From: Cirrosporium novae-zelandiae | Lineage: Eukaryota | Reading direction: 5' to 3' | Assembly (NCBI GenBank): GCA_026023565.1 | Contig: JAPETS010000001.1 | Span: forward strand, 496,001-560,000 | Length of the DNA: 64,000 nt | Shown here: piece by piece, positions 46,595-59,914 of the stretch | Layout: each line of letters starts with the position of its first letter | Numbering within the stretch: the first letter of the stretch is position 1 | Program-made: the position numbers and the translations under genes | Notes under the pieces: generated by a model | What the model saw: the letters and a program-made list of their open reading frames with translations, nothing else | Told to the model about the DNA's origin: nothing | Databases searched by the model: none

Positions 46595-49468
46595 CTGTCG
46601 CATAAACTGTTGTTGTTGCATTATCCGCTGCCGGAGATCTTGGTGGGCAGTATCTTTCGCTTGCTTGTCAATCAGGGCTGTGACTTCAGGGGTCATGCCA
46701 TTTTGACCGACTCGTGCAAGCATTTGTCCATAGCCTTGCCGTCTCCTAATCTGAGTTCGTTGTTTTAACCATTCTTGGAGTTGATGTGCACTGTATTGGT
46801 TATTTAGATTTGGATGACTATGCTGTTGTTGCTGGACTTGAGGATGACCTTGCTGAGAGGCGCTTGCTGACATAGCTGTTTGAAGGTGGGCATGTTGGGG
46901 TTGGGCTTGTGGAGGACTTGATTGGGGTGGGTGAGGTTGAAGTTGTTGTTGTGGCTGAGGAGTATTTTGTGGTCGCGGTTGTTGTTGCTGCTGAGCATTC
47001 TGTGCTTGCTGCTGCATTTGTTGGTTCTGCATTTGTTGGTTCTGCATCTGCTGGTTTTGCATTTGTTGCATTTGAGCCTGCATCTGTCTTTGTAGTTGTA
47101 CGTTGTAACTCTGCTGGTGCATCTGTGGATTGAATTGATGCATCATTTGATTGGTCCCTAGCATGGGGGAACCTTGGCCCTGCTGTTGTCGGCGGAGTTC
47201 CATTTGTTGTTGGAGCATTCGCTGCTGATGGGCCTGCATTTGTTGCTGATGTTGAGCAGGGGTCAGCCCAAGCGAGCTCATCTGAGGAGTATTCATTATC
47301 CCGTTATTCATCATTGGCGTATTAGCCATGACAGATTGCGCTGGGCTAGCGTGAGACATTCGAGGGGTGGGAACAGCGTTCACATGTCTAGTTACAGGAG
47401 TTGCCTGCTGCATAGTAGGGGTTCCTTGAGGCATTATTGGTGTCCCCTGAGCGCTCTGGCTCTGTTGACTGCGTTGTCGGCTCATCGAGTGCGTCATAGG
47501 AACAGCTTGTGGATGAGGATGTTGGAGAGACGATGATCCAGGACGAGGACTACCGGCCTGTTGTGAAGGAGAAAAATTCATCGGAACACTTTGACCAACA
47601 AGTGGTGACGAGTTTTGAGGAGTTTGATTTCTAAGAACGGGAGAAGACTGCTGACCCTGAGAAAAGCCTATTTGTGGTGCAGTTGGACTTCCCATCATTC
47701 CGTTCATTTGGGGATGGGAGTGAGGATTTGGAATATTTACCATATTCCGTTGAGCCTGTCTCATCCGCATTTGTTCTCGTTGCTTCTGGTCTTCATTTAA
47801 CCTCTGTCGTTCTCGTTCTGCTGCATCATGCAGTTGTCGTTTCTGCTGGTCCTGTCGTACTTTCTCCTCTTTCTCTTGCCGTGCATTTGCTTCATGTAGT
47901 CGTTTAATGTCCTCGATGGCTTTGAACCTTGAGAACTGTGGCTCAAACGATGCCGCTCCTGTCTGACCTTCGCCTGTTGCTGGATTTGCCCCAGAAGCAA
48001 CACCGGCTCCAGATCCATGCAACTCATCCATGGCAAGCATATATCTTTCCGTTTCTGCAGCTTGTGCCTCGTCTGCAGCCAGTTCTGCGACAGTCCGTTT
48101 CCGAGTCTTTGGTGAGGGAAGTGGGGCTGAGTGCAGAGGGTCCTGAAGCGCGTTAACTAACTTCTGGACTTCGTTGAAGTCATGTACCAGGTCCAGAAAT
48201 AGTGGTGGGGCAGTTGCATTAGTTATTCTTGCTTCAAATTCCTTAATATCTTCATTTGAGTCGATCATCATCTTTACCTTCTTTAAAGGAGGGCCTTTGC
48301 CCGGTAGATTTGGAGGTACTGCAGAGAGGGGTGTTGGAGAATGAGACATTGTTGCTGAGCTGGGAGTCCGAGGATTGTTGTAATATGTAGACGGTCTTCG
48401 AATTAAACTTCTCGGATCTGGCTGTGTTGCATAGTACTCAAGGTCGGCAAATTTCGAGAGTGGGGTAGGATGGAGAACCCTCGTGAAAACCCGGGGGGTT
48501 TTTCGGCCATCTTTCGAGCCTTTTTCCTCTGTACCATTAGAAGCTATGTTAGACTCGCCCGCACTAGTGTCTTTCGCATCCCCTTTTAGTGAGGTTTGTT
48601 TTTGGGCCTCCTTGACTTGTTCTTTCGTAGAAGACCGAGATGGAATTGGATAAGGTACGTAGGGAGATGGCGTGAGATATTGATTGTGATTATGTATGGA
48701 GTATGGAATGTTCTTTTCTGAATTTGATATACCTGAAGGCGCAGAAGACGAGCCTGCGCCGGATCTGTGGTCGTAAACACGGACAATTAAGCAGTCTGCC
48801 ATCATAAGTTAGAACATGGATCTTGTCCCTGTAGGGAGTATTTTACCATCGTAAAATCGAACGCCATAGTTTGTGAACTCCTCTATCATATCCTGGGGAA
48901 TCGTTTGCTCTCGGAGATGTTTTATAAAAACGCTCATAACCGAATTGTAGCTAAAGCTACCATCTTGATTCTCAAATCGAAAATGCGTAGGATGAAGGTG
49001 CACAACCAAAGAAGGTTCAGCATTCTTGTACTTTTCCAAGATAAATTTGGAGGTTTTGACTTGAACAGAAACATCAATTAGTAAATGAGACCGGCCATTA
49101 CGACGGTTGAGATTCCTACCATAAGGTTCTGGATAGTGTTTTTGTCTTTCGCTGCTACTCTTATCAGATGTGCCTCCACTCCGTGCTAATGCTCTTTGAG
49201 CTCGAGCATGCATTGCATACGCATGGTCTAATCTCGCAAGGTCTTTGCGCTGTCGATTGAGCCTGGGCCCAAGCACGTTCAATTGTGTATTACCGCTCGC
49301 GGCAGAGTTTGTAGGTTGGCCCTGTCCAGGAGGAAGTCGTTTCGAGGTCATAGAGGGGGAAGTGGAGTTTGGTGTTTTGATACCGTTGATACCAGAATGG
49401 AGAGATTGAGAAGGACGCTTCAGCTTGGGAAGGGGCTGAGCAGATTTCGTAGAAATAGCAGTCGCCAT
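46226..49468 (-). CDS. SPT20: SAGA complex subunit Spt20, with Q-rich C-terminus
   Basis: PSLVVHLHPTHFRFENQDGSFSY, VRFYD|DCLIVRVYDHR, VLHPTPLS and RKRTVAELAADEA, followed by long polyQ/QA tracts. Confidence 0.92.
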
Positions 49469-50098
49469 CTTTTTTTCAAGTTTCTTGAGATGGCTAAAAG
49501 GGGGTTGAGTCAAGATAGCTTTCGAGAAGAAAATGGTGTAAGGACGCTCCTCGACCTCTTTGAGTGCCTTGGGGGTGTGACACTTGCGACATGGAGAAAT
49601 GCGAGGTGACCACGACGAGGGGAGGATAGCGACAAACGAAGAGAAGTCTCTCCAACGGGTTAAATGTAGAGCAACTCTTGAAAATGTGTAGAGTAGGTAA
49701 TTCTTCGGTGGTAACTTGATACCATTACTTAAAACTTAGCCTTGTTCGAACTACGACGTTCATGCCAAGAGTATATAGACCCTCACGTGACCGATACCGG
49801 TCTCCTTACACTTTCAATTCGTAACAAGAAAAAGCATATTATTATTTTGGTACAATAGGAGAAGCACAGTATAATATTAATTGACCTGGCTAATATATCA
49901 TTGACACATACTTGTAATAGTTATGGTTTAGGAGGGACAGGGTCACTTTGGTAAATGAGATTTATTGCATAATAACGAAAGCATAGGATATCAAACGCAA
50001 ACCAGGTATTCTTTTCACATCGTATATAAACATTCAATGGGCCCATAGTTTCATAGCAACCATTGCAAAAACATCAGACAGCTTAGAGTAGAGAAGCC

Positions 50099-51515
50099 TC
50101 AATCCCGTCCGCCTACTCTCCTTCTCCAATCTTCTCCAACCCTCATCCCGTCCACTATCTCGACGCCTTTTCCAAAACCAACCCTATTATCTCTTTGCCA
50201 CCACTTTTCCGGCTTCTTTCCTGATCCACCTCTTTCATCGTCACTATCTATTAGGCCTCCGAGGCCAGCTTCATCACCAACGACGACAAGGACTTGTCGT
50301 ACCCAGTTTGAAACATGCAGTATAGATTCTCCGCTTTCGCCAGCCAACGATTCATGTATATAAGCGATATCAGGGTTCAAATGGCGAAGCATGTGAGTAT
50401 AACCATCACGGGTAGTAAAAGGCATGACCATGGTTTCCTTTTCGACTAGGATCTGGGCTTGATTATACAAAGCTTTGAAGAGAGGAGAGGCAGATGGTGG
50501 AGCATCTGGTAAAGGATTGGGTTCGATGGGTTGTAAAGGTCTATCAAGTTCGGAACCGGGAGTTCTCGCTTCCTCTGTGAGAATATTGGAAAAAGAGGAG
50601 GTCACAGATCCTTCAGGTTTAGTCGGTGAAGAGGCAGTAAGGGGATGTTGTTTCAAATCTGGTGCATATATTAGGATAAAAACCCGGGTGGTATGTAAAT
50701 CAATGAATTCCGGAAGATGTGAAAGTATCGACTATAACTCAAGTCAGCTGGCGCATTTCAACACGTTACTTTAGGGGAAATACAGTATGGACTTCTTCGT
50801 AGTCTCTAGATTCCGGACGAAAGCCTTTTCCGGGTTGAGCAGAGATGACAATTGCAACACTCTTCTTTCTCGAGTACAATCCTGATCTCAAACTCGGATG
50901 TGAAGCCTGCCGACTGGAAGGAGGAGCACCTAAATGTGAATGTATATCGGATCCACCTCTCAAGTCAATGTTATTATGCTGTCTTTCGGCCTCTTCTTGC
51001 CATGCACTCGTCTCCTCATAACCATAATCCCAGTCTCCCCTATTATCTTCCTCCCTAATAGAAGATAACGCTCCACCGACTACGGCACCAGCTGCTGCCA
51101 TGCCAGCAACCACTCTTGTCCTCGCGCTATCGAAAAATTGCTGAGGACTGGGTGTTCTTCGCAAAGCACCAGACATGCGCGATAAAACACTCACATCTTC
51201 CTCCCCATGATCCCTATTATCTCCAGAAGGTCGAGGGGGCATTGGTGGTCCTTGATCAAACTCTGCTCCTGTAGCAAATGACGCCTCCCCTGGACCGAGG
51301 TCGCCATAATGTGGAGGTTTGTCCGTCCTTTGTTCATCATGATTATCGTCGTCATCGTCATCGTCGTCGTCACGTCGTTCGCTCCATATCCATGCAGCAA
51401 GGCCGACGGTTGCAGCAGTCACGGTAATTGCGAGAGGAACCCAGTACCCGAAGGCTGTTCTGCGACCAGAAGCGCCATATCGATGACTTCGAGAACGCTC
51501 ATAAGAATACGACAT
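50099..51515 (-). CDS. Pex22-like peroxin of filamentous fungi, 1 intron
   Basis: N-terminal TM segment GYWVPLAITVTAATVGLAAWIWSER and C-terminal GGLIDSDDE..KWWQ...VGFGKGVEIVDG..GEDWRRRV. Confidence 0.7.
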
Positions 51516-52081
51516 TTGGATAAGCGGTAAAGCTGAATGGAGTTATAGTGCTGGTTATTTAAAGCTTCGCAGGCGCACAAATAATTTGGATAGGCCCATG
51601 GGAAAGGAAATGGACATGAGTTGTCAGCTACGTGAGCAAGAGAGCTTCGGTGAGAAGAACGGGGACGGGGACTGAGACTAGGACTGGAACTTGGGACTTG
51701 GACGGGGGCTGGAATTGATTTTCGTTATTACGCCGGGGGGGGGGGGTTGGGAGCCAGGCGTACCAGACGTACCAGACGTACCAGACGTAACAGGGAGCTT
51801 TCGAGTTGGCAAGCCTGAGGCCTAAACTATTTTGAGCCACTACCGAGCTTCAACTTTATAATTCGATAATTAATTATCACTTATGACTCTTTTACGTCGA
51901 AAAAATTACAGAAAGCTTTCATCATTCTAGAAGACATTATCCCCTCTCATTTGAACCAAAAAAATATCAAACTCTTTGTTTTTTGTCTAGGTTCAAAACC
52001 ACTTGGTATTTTACAAGAGTTTAAATACAAGTAAAGCCCCATTAGGGCAATAACCCCATCATTATTATCTTCTTCTTCATC

Positions 52082-54028
52082 ATGCCCCATGCAATTCAAA
52101 TGCCTTCACCAGGCTTTCAAGCCCTAATCCTTTGTGGACCTGGTGTATCCTTGAATACATTTTGTTCAAATCCCGAGGAATTCCCTAAAGCTTTGGTTCC
52201 TATTGCGAATCGACCAATGGTATGGTATGCCTTGGACTGGTGCTATCGAATGGGAATCACATGTAAGTAGAACGTTGTATCTATTAGTATATGTTTCCTT
52301 GACATTGAACTATTATGAAGTATTGTTTCTTGATATATTGTAGATCTCTTTGGCTTTGCATGTACCTATTTGAGTTGTGAAGAGAATATATATTCGTCTT
52401 TGTTAAGTTTCTCTGGGTGAAAAAATACCTCCAAAAATATATATAAAAACCAGTTTATAAATACCTAAGGATTCTCCATTAACTCTGCATTACATGTCCA
52501 CGCTCATTCATAAAACTTTATAACTAACCTGATATTAGCAATCCACCTCATCACACCTCCAGAGGCAGCTCCGGCACTTCAAACAGCACTCTCCCAAAAC
52601 CCGCACCTGACCTCCCTCCCCCTACCAAAACCGACAGTGCTCTCCCCCCCATCTCTGGGTCTCACAACGGGGACAGCATCTCTCCTGCGCATCCCCGAGA
52701 TAGCGTCCACCATAACCTCGGACTTTCTAGTCCTCCCCTGCGACCTCATCACGACCATCTCTCCCACTTCCCTGCTCGAAACCTGGCTGATTCACTGCTC
52801 GGGCCTGGGAGGCGCAACGGGCGGGTCGGCCTCCCAGCCGGGACCAAAAATGGCTCTCGGCGGGGAGAAAACCGGCCGGCGCGGCGGGCTAGGAGTGTGG
52901 TACCCTACCAAAGACGTCGAAGGCGCCATCAAGAAAGAAGAAACCGACTTCGTCGCCACAACCCCACTCCCGCCGCCAACAAGCACGCCACCGTCAGGCT
53001 CACTGCGTCCGCACCTAGCCAAAATCGTCACCTCGATGCCCACCGACACCTTCAACGATAAAATCGAACTGAGCCACACCTACCCGGTCCGACGCAGCCT
53101 CCCCAAACACGGGCGCGTAAAGTACCTCCACACGTACCGCGATGCGCACATCTACTTCCTCCCCCACTGGGTCCTAGAATTCGTGCAGCGAAATCCAGAA
53201 TTCGAAAACATCAGCGAAGACGTGATCGGATGGTGGGCAAAAGCCACATGGCAGAACGACAAGCTGGCCCAAAAACTCCATCTGCGCGAGATTCTGGAAA
53301 CGAAAACTACCCCGGACAAATACGAAACGTACTCGGAACCGATCGCGGAGGACGAGATCGACCTCGCTAGCCTCAGCACCACTCACCCAACCACCACCAC
53401 TACAGGCACAACCACAACCGAAGCAGCATCCCCGATCCCTCCAATTCTGGGCTACCTCCCACCACCACCCTCAACCCCCCCCTCAACAACAACGCACGAA
53501 CCACTCTCGGAAATCCCACAACTCCTCCACCGCGTCGACAGCACTCCTCTCCTCCTCTCCCTCTCCCTAACCCTCGCAAAACTCCCCCCCTCCTCCCACC
53601 CCCTCTCCCACCCCTCCAAACTAACCACCCCCTCCACAATTCACCCGCACACCACCATCACTACCACCGACGTCCTCTTAGACTCCAACGTCATCGTCTC
53701 CGAACACTGCATCATCAAATCCAGCGTCGTTGGCTCCTCCTCCTCTCTTCTTGCTTCTAGTCGCCTTACGAGGTGTTTGCTGATGGAGGCCGTGGAGGTT
53801 GGGGAGAGGGCGACGCTTACGGGGTGTATTTTGGGCAGGAGGTGTCGGATCGGCAAGGGGTCGAGACTTACGGAATGTGAGGTCCAGGAGGGGTATGTGG
53901 TTCCCGATGGGACGGAGGCGAAGGGGGAGAAGTTTATGGCTAGTGAGTTTTTGCAGGAGGAGGGTGATGGGGGGGTAGGGAGTGGGGGGGAAGGTGAGGG
54001 ATTGGATTTGTCGGCTGATTATGATTGA
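52082..54028 (+). CDS. GCD1: Translation initiation factor eIF2B gamma subunit, 1 intron (~52263-52538)
   Basis: GFQALILCGPG...PKALVPIANRPMVWY, DFLVLPCDL, DAHIYFLPHWV and a C-terminal hexapeptide left-handed beta-helix. Confidence 0.93.
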
Positions 54029-54029
54029 C

Positions 54030-54860
54030 TGATTTGATTGATTGATGAATGGATAGTCATAGTAGGATGATGAGATGATAAGAAGGGGATACAAATACAA
54101 ACACAATGATAACATGATAACACGATATAATTATCTATCTTATTCTCCCTCCCACAACCCCCCCCCAAAAAAAACTCCCCAAATAAAATACACACACACA
54201 CACATAGTTCCAACTAACTTATTTCCTTTCCTTCCGCCCCGAAAACAAGAAAGAAAGCAAGAAAGCAAAGAAGCAAGAAAAGTAACCCCCCCCCCTCCTC
54301 TCTCTCTCCCCCCCTTTCATACACCCCATAGATCCATAGATCCACAGATATATGAATCATCCCACCCACATCCACATCTAACACTACAGTACAGTACAGT
54401 ACAGTACAACACAAAGAAAAGCCTACCACCGTTGCCCTTAACTTAAAACTCCCCCATCCACACAACACCCCCCAAGAAAAAAAAATAAAGAGAAAAAATG
54501 GAGAGAAAGAAAAGCAAGTAGATAAGTAGGTATATTTTCATCAGTATTATTTAATAATAATAATATGAAAATTTCCAAATGCTAAAAAAAAAAAATTTGA
54601 ACCCCTCCCCCCCCCCCTTTTTTTTTTTTAATGGATATGGATATGGACATGGACATGATATTAAGTATCGTACTGGGTAAGTAGTTTTACCAAGTTAAGG
54701 AAGTAAGAAAGTTAAGGGAATTTGAAATTAAATTATTGTGTGTGTGTGTGTGTGTGTCATTCTTCTCTTGGGGAAAAAAATGATAATTGAGGGGCTCATT
54801 ACTGATTCTCATCACTCCCTCCCTCCCTCCCTCCCTCTCCCCTCTCCCCGACGCCCCAAG
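54030..54860. repeat. Low-complexity island between convergent GCD1 and SWC5
   Basis: (GATT)n, (TACAG)n, (GT)n, (CCCT)n and poly-C/T/A tracts. Confidence 0.8.
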
Positions 54861-54966
54861 TTGAAGTTTGGAAGACTAACTAGGGATGGATGGATATCAC
54901 TGATCTAATGCCCCTCAAAGTATCGGATATAATGCAATCAAATGTATACCTTCCTTTACCCAGACT

Positions 54967-56087
54967 TTACTTTTTCTTCATCCTCTCTCGCCTCAGTTCC
55001 TCTTCCTTTCGCCCTTCCACCCGTCCCATAAACTCCATCCGGCTCAGGTAGGATCCCTTTGCTTTCTCCTGCGCATCCAATTCTTCTCTGATTCCCTCAT
55101 GATCTACGTGCTCCGCCCAGTCCAGCTTGCTCTTTTCCACGACGGTAAGTTTCTGGGCCTTGGTCTCGGCTGCTGCTGTAGCTAGAGCTGTTGTAGGGGC
55201 GAAAGGAATGGGGAGGCCGTGTAATTTAAGGAGCTTTAAGGAGTATGTGGAAGGGGGGAGGCCTTTGATTTGGCCGGAAGGGTTGGGATCATATTGGGAA
55301 AGGCGTTTGAGTGGACGGCGGAGGGGTGGTCTGTTGGATGTAGGGTCATCGGAAGAACCTTCGGCATTTTTCTTGTTCTTTTGTTTTTCTTCTTCTAGCT
55401 GTTGTAGGTAGAGGCGTGCTTCGGCAGATGATTTTGGGACGACTTTCGTCTCAGTGGTTGTTTGGCCTGCGAAATTGTAGGTCCGGGTTATTGTTATTGT
55501 TTCTTCTTCGTAGGGATATTTGGCGTTAGGCACAGGAACTCCATCGATAAGGTGCGGATCTGAGGGATTAGCTAGATACTGGGAGGGTAGTGTGGGAAGT
55601 CTTGGTCGTCCGAGGGGCTTGGAAATCATCAGGCTCCAAATATCATCGACGTTGAGCGAGGAGGCTTTGATAGATGCTTCTATTCGCTTTTGTTGTCGTC
55701 CCTCGTCCCTTTATAAATGTTAGTATACCTTAAGCAATGCACCACCAGTTCTAAAGAGCTATGTACTCACTCTCTAGCTCTCATAGCCCTTGTTTTAATC
55801 AACCCGCCCTCCGCATCGTCATCGTCACCCTCATTTTTAGCAGTCTTCCGTTTTCGTCGCTTTTTCCCTTTCTGAATTGTCACCTCATCTCCTGAATCTA
55901 GATCTCCTAGTCCTTCATCAGATTTACGCTTCCTTCCTTTTCGGGCGGGCTTCGCGCCCTCATCTTCAGATGAGACATCCTCTTCTGCCGCTACGACAGT
56001 CGGTGCGTCAGGATTGAAGTCTTCATCGAGGGACGAATCTGAGTCCTCGTCAATAATCGGGTCCTGGATTTTTGCTGGAGTGGCCAT
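54967..56087 (-). CDS. SWC5: SWR1-complex subunit Swc5 (BCNT domain), 1 intron
   Basis: Acidic N-terminus DEDFNP, GGLIKTRAMR, ITRTYNFAGQ and the BCNT domain KLTVVEKSKLDWAEHVDHEGIREELD...SYLSRMEFMGRV. Confidence 0.92.
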
Positions 56088-56413
56088 TTTGTAAAATCGA
56101 TCTTGAGGCTTGAATAGAAGTTGTAAGCTAATTAGATGCAAAGGTTGCAAACATTTATGCTTACATGAATTTAGTACCAAGAGCTAGAGAAAAGTAAGGA
56201 AAAGTGGGGAAAAGATGATGTTATTGGCAAGTTCTAACTAAAGAACCCCAAACACCAAGAACAATGAATAGTCTCAAGATGATTGCATACTGCTCTTTTA
56301 TGGTCTTAAGAATTTCTCATGACTATTGATTTCCCACCTACATAAACTACAGAACGCGTTGTACTAAGCAATATCCCATTTAAAATAAAGGTTATGTTAT
56401 ATGTTCCACTACC

Positions 56414-57967
56414 CTAAGCTTTCCTCTTCAGGAATTGTCCAATACTTCTCATTCTGTTCAACCTTTGGGTCCTCTTTGGTGTGGATGCTAATGTTGAAGA
56501 CAATCTTTCAACCTCTTCCACAATCCTTTCAACTCGTTGTGGGTGCCTTTCACCTTCCTCCAGGTGTGCGAGTACCGTTGCACCATTATACGCATAGTTC
56601 TCTGCAGCAGCGTGGACGAATCTGATAACGCCATGCGATTTTGGGGCGCCTAATAGCTCAAGAAGTAATGTAGAAACGGTAACCGCGTAACGTTTATTCA
56701 TAGTCGGCTGCAGTTCCGAAGGCAGAGCAGTGATTGTCATGAGGTACGATGGGTTGTGAAGGCCATTGAAACCAATACAAGCAGAATGTTCCAGGAGAAG
56801 CATTATGTCTTTTACCTCTCGATGAAAACATTTGGCCAGCCCTTCACAAAGACCTGAGGTCGCATTCGCTTCGTTTTCAATCTACTTGGAATGAAATATA
56901 AATCTTTTCTGCTCTATACATCAAGGATAGGATTTATGAGAGTTGGGGTTAACTGACGATAATGTTGGTTTTGAGCTCGACTGCGATCGGGGATTGGCTG
57001 ATGATCTTTTCTTTCTCCCCATCATGTTTCTCACGGGACGCAAATGCATTGTCAAAATACTTGCTTCTCTTCTTCGCAAGATCTCGACCACCAGGTGTCT
57101 GGACCCGTTGCCGAAAGGAGTCACCTGGTGTTCCACGTCTGATATCGTTCGTGATTGCCGCAGGCTGCGATAGGAATTCTGTGGGCCTATGTGGAAGAAA
57201 AATACCCTTGTCAATATCATCTCGAATTTCACAGAAGGGGTCAGCTAGCTGGAAAGCGGTGACCTTTGAATTAGGGATCGATTCCATTAAAAATTGTCTT
57301 TGTGACGATATAATAAATTCCATGTCTACAGTTTTCTGGCGGTGACAGTGGTGAGGAAATGGGATGACGATTGGAATGCAATAGTCTGGCATGCAAACCA
57401 AAGATTCCACTTACATTGAATCCGTTTCTAGAATCCCTGGCCTAAAAACACGTCCAAAAACAGGGTTGGCTCCAAAGAGTAGGTTACCGGCACACTCGAG
57501 ATCCTTGCTGCAATTGTTACCAAGCAACGACGACTTCGCAAAAGGAGATATCGTATTTAATAGGTTTCAACGTGTCCAGGAAGAATAAAGAGTGACATAA
57601 AAACATGAAAAGAAAAACATCAATGGTGAATCAGTAGCACCTTCCTATACCTCGAGAGTGTACAGTACATGGAGCTTCTTGGGTTATGCAGTCGATCAGG
57701 AGCTTAGCCCTGAACATAACCAGATTTCCAACAATTGGTATTAAATTATTCATTGTAGCGACCTCGTGATGGGTTAGAGATACGAATTCGAGATCCCACT
57801 GCTGCAGGTAACCGGGCGGGGATCTGGATGGGGATCGATAAGACTCTTGTGGCCTGTGACCTCCTTGGCGGAGTTGAGGCTGGCCATTTGGAATTTTGGA
57901 GTTTAAATGAAAATCTTCCAAAGCGGTAAGGAGAGGTCCATGTTTCACCAGAATCACCACTTGTCAT
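56414..57967 (-). CDS. Fungal MIF/tautomerase-fold domain protein; 5' exon structure uncertain
   Basis: SPIAVELKTNIIV|..LEHSACIGF...PSYLMTITALPSELQPTMNKRY...GVIRF...NYAYNGATV resembles fungal MIF-superfamily proteins. The start is tentative. Confidence 0.55.
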
Positions 57968-58284
57968 GTATCATAGATTGATTAAATGCATTCCACGTCA
58001 TGTTAGAATTCGTTCGGCGACGGAGCAAATGTCGGTAGTGGTTGGGCTTCGGAATAAAGGTAAAGGCCGAACTGCTGCATGCATTATAAGTGAGTCACTT
58101 CTGCCGACAATAATATCATTCCATTGTCATCATTATCATCATCATATATAATACTGTACACTGTATAATATATAGATTTTCAGTCAGCTGCTCAAGGTTC
58201 CATGGGGGAAACTAGTTCTTAGGTGAGATACCTTAACCTATTACTCTAATTCTTAAGTAACTTGATAAACAGGGTCAATCAGCC

Positions 58285-58950
58285 ATGAGTGCTTTATCCA
58301 TTAACTATGGGATGGTCCTTTTCCCAGGATTTCAAGCGCTGGATGTTTTTGGTCCTTTAGATGCACTGAATCTTCTGTCATCCAAAGCTCAGGTCAAGCT
58401 ATCCTTAATAGCTCACTCCAAGGACCCTGTCTCGACCATGCCTCCCTCTGACATTCATCGTAACCCAACGAACTCGTCTTGCTCTCAGTCGATCATTCCC
58501 ACCCATACCTTCAAGAATGCGCCTCCCCTGGATGTTCTCATTGTTCCCGGAGGTCTTGGTACACGGGTGGAAGAGAATATCAAGCCTATCGTTGATTTCG
58601 TGAAGCAAAGATATCCTGAACTATCCTACCTCATCAGTGTTTGCACGGGTGCAGGAATTTTGGCAAAAGCTGGCATTCTAGATGGAAGGAGGGCCACTAC
58701 GAACAAAATGGCTTTTGAAGAAATCAAGAGCTGGCGCACTGAAGTTAAATGGGTACCTGCTGCTAGGTGGGTAGTGGATGGTAATATTTACACAGCAGCT
58801 GGAATCAGTGCTGGGATTGACACCACCCTTGCTTTTATTCAAAACATCTATGGCGAAGCTCTTGCAGAGAAAATTGCAAATGAAATGGAATACGATCGTC
58901 ATATTGACCCTTCCTGGGATCCATTCTCAAAAAAGCTGGGTTTGGTTTGA
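58285..58950 (+). CDS. DJ-1/PfpI (ThiJ) family protein, isocyanide-hydratase-like
   Basis: LFPGFQALDVFGP, DVLIVPGG, SVCTGA (nucleophilic Cys), RWVVDGN and GISAGID. Intronless. Confidence 0.9.
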   Translation: MSALSINYGMVLFPGFQALDVFGPLDALNLLSSKAQVKLSLIAHSKDPVSTMPPSDIHRNPTNSSCSQSIIPTHTFKNAPPLDVLIVPGGLGTRVEENIKPIVDFVKQRYPELSYLISVCTGAGILAKAGILDGRRATTNKMAFEEIKSWRTEVKWVPAARWVVDGNIYTAAGISAGIDTTLAFIQNIYGEALAEKIANEMEYDRHIDPSWDPFSKKLGLV

Positions 58951-59780
58951 TGGTTCAATTGAAGATGCGATAATCAAACAGATTCATATTTTCGTGGTCT
59001 GAGCGATGAAGGATCTCACCATTAGGATTGTTGGTTAGCTAGAACTGTATAAACGCCAAACTAAAGATACACAGGTCGGATATTTTAGAAAGTACTTAGG
59101 CCAACAAGTTTGGGGGCTGGCAAGGCAGATTAGTCCATGACAGATTAACTATTATGGAGATTATCATCGAAGATAGTCTGGGTCTGGGTCTTAGTTCAGA
59201 GTCTGAGTGTGTGGCATGGCGCAGTTCACAACACTGCTGTGGCTGTTGAGAATCCTTCGTAGTCCGATACCCAAAGAAACAGACCTATGCAGGTAGGTAG
59301 GTAATTAGATTATTTGCAACATCTATTGTTTTTCTTTATCTTGTCCCAGCCAGTTTTCAATTAACTTAATAGAGGAAAGAGATTTATTGTTTCACAATGA
59401 TTTACAGGCCTTTGGGCGTCATTGGTTTTGGGATGGGTGGTTTGTGTTGCTGGCAGGGATTAATTGGACTACTTGAATTAATTGGATTAGTTGGATTAGT
59501 TAGCATTAGTACCCAAAGCTGAAGGAATATGGGGGCAAATCCTTACCAAAGACCCAAAGCCTATCGCTGCCCCGCCCAAAAGGCTCTTCAGCGTCGGCTT
59601 TCCAGCTGTCAGCTTCAAATCGGAGTCTTTTTTTTTGTTGAAGGATGATGGATGGCTTGAGAAATCCATCACCTATAATCTCCTTGATAGAATATAGTTG
59701 AAGATAAGTCAATGATCAATGATCAATGATCAATTAAATTCATCTTCTCTAAATAATTACTTGGAATACTCGGTACATGT

Positions 59781-59914
59781 CCACGCACACATTCACATAT
59801 ACACACACACACACACATACACACATACACACATACACATACACACACATACACATACACACACATACACATACACACACATACACATACACACACATAC
59901 ACATACACATACAT
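59781..59914. repeat. Compound (CA)n/(TACA)n/(TACACA)n microsatellite
   Basis: About 130 bp of alternating CACA/TACA units. Confidence 0.95.

Noticed and set aside
51760..51789. Short tandem repeats (GTACCAGAC)3, and also (CCGCCCTA)3 at ~4276 and (AGATGTGGT)n at ~11582, as CRISPR-like arrays
   Set aside because: Head-to-tail minisatellites without spacers, in a eukaryotic genome.
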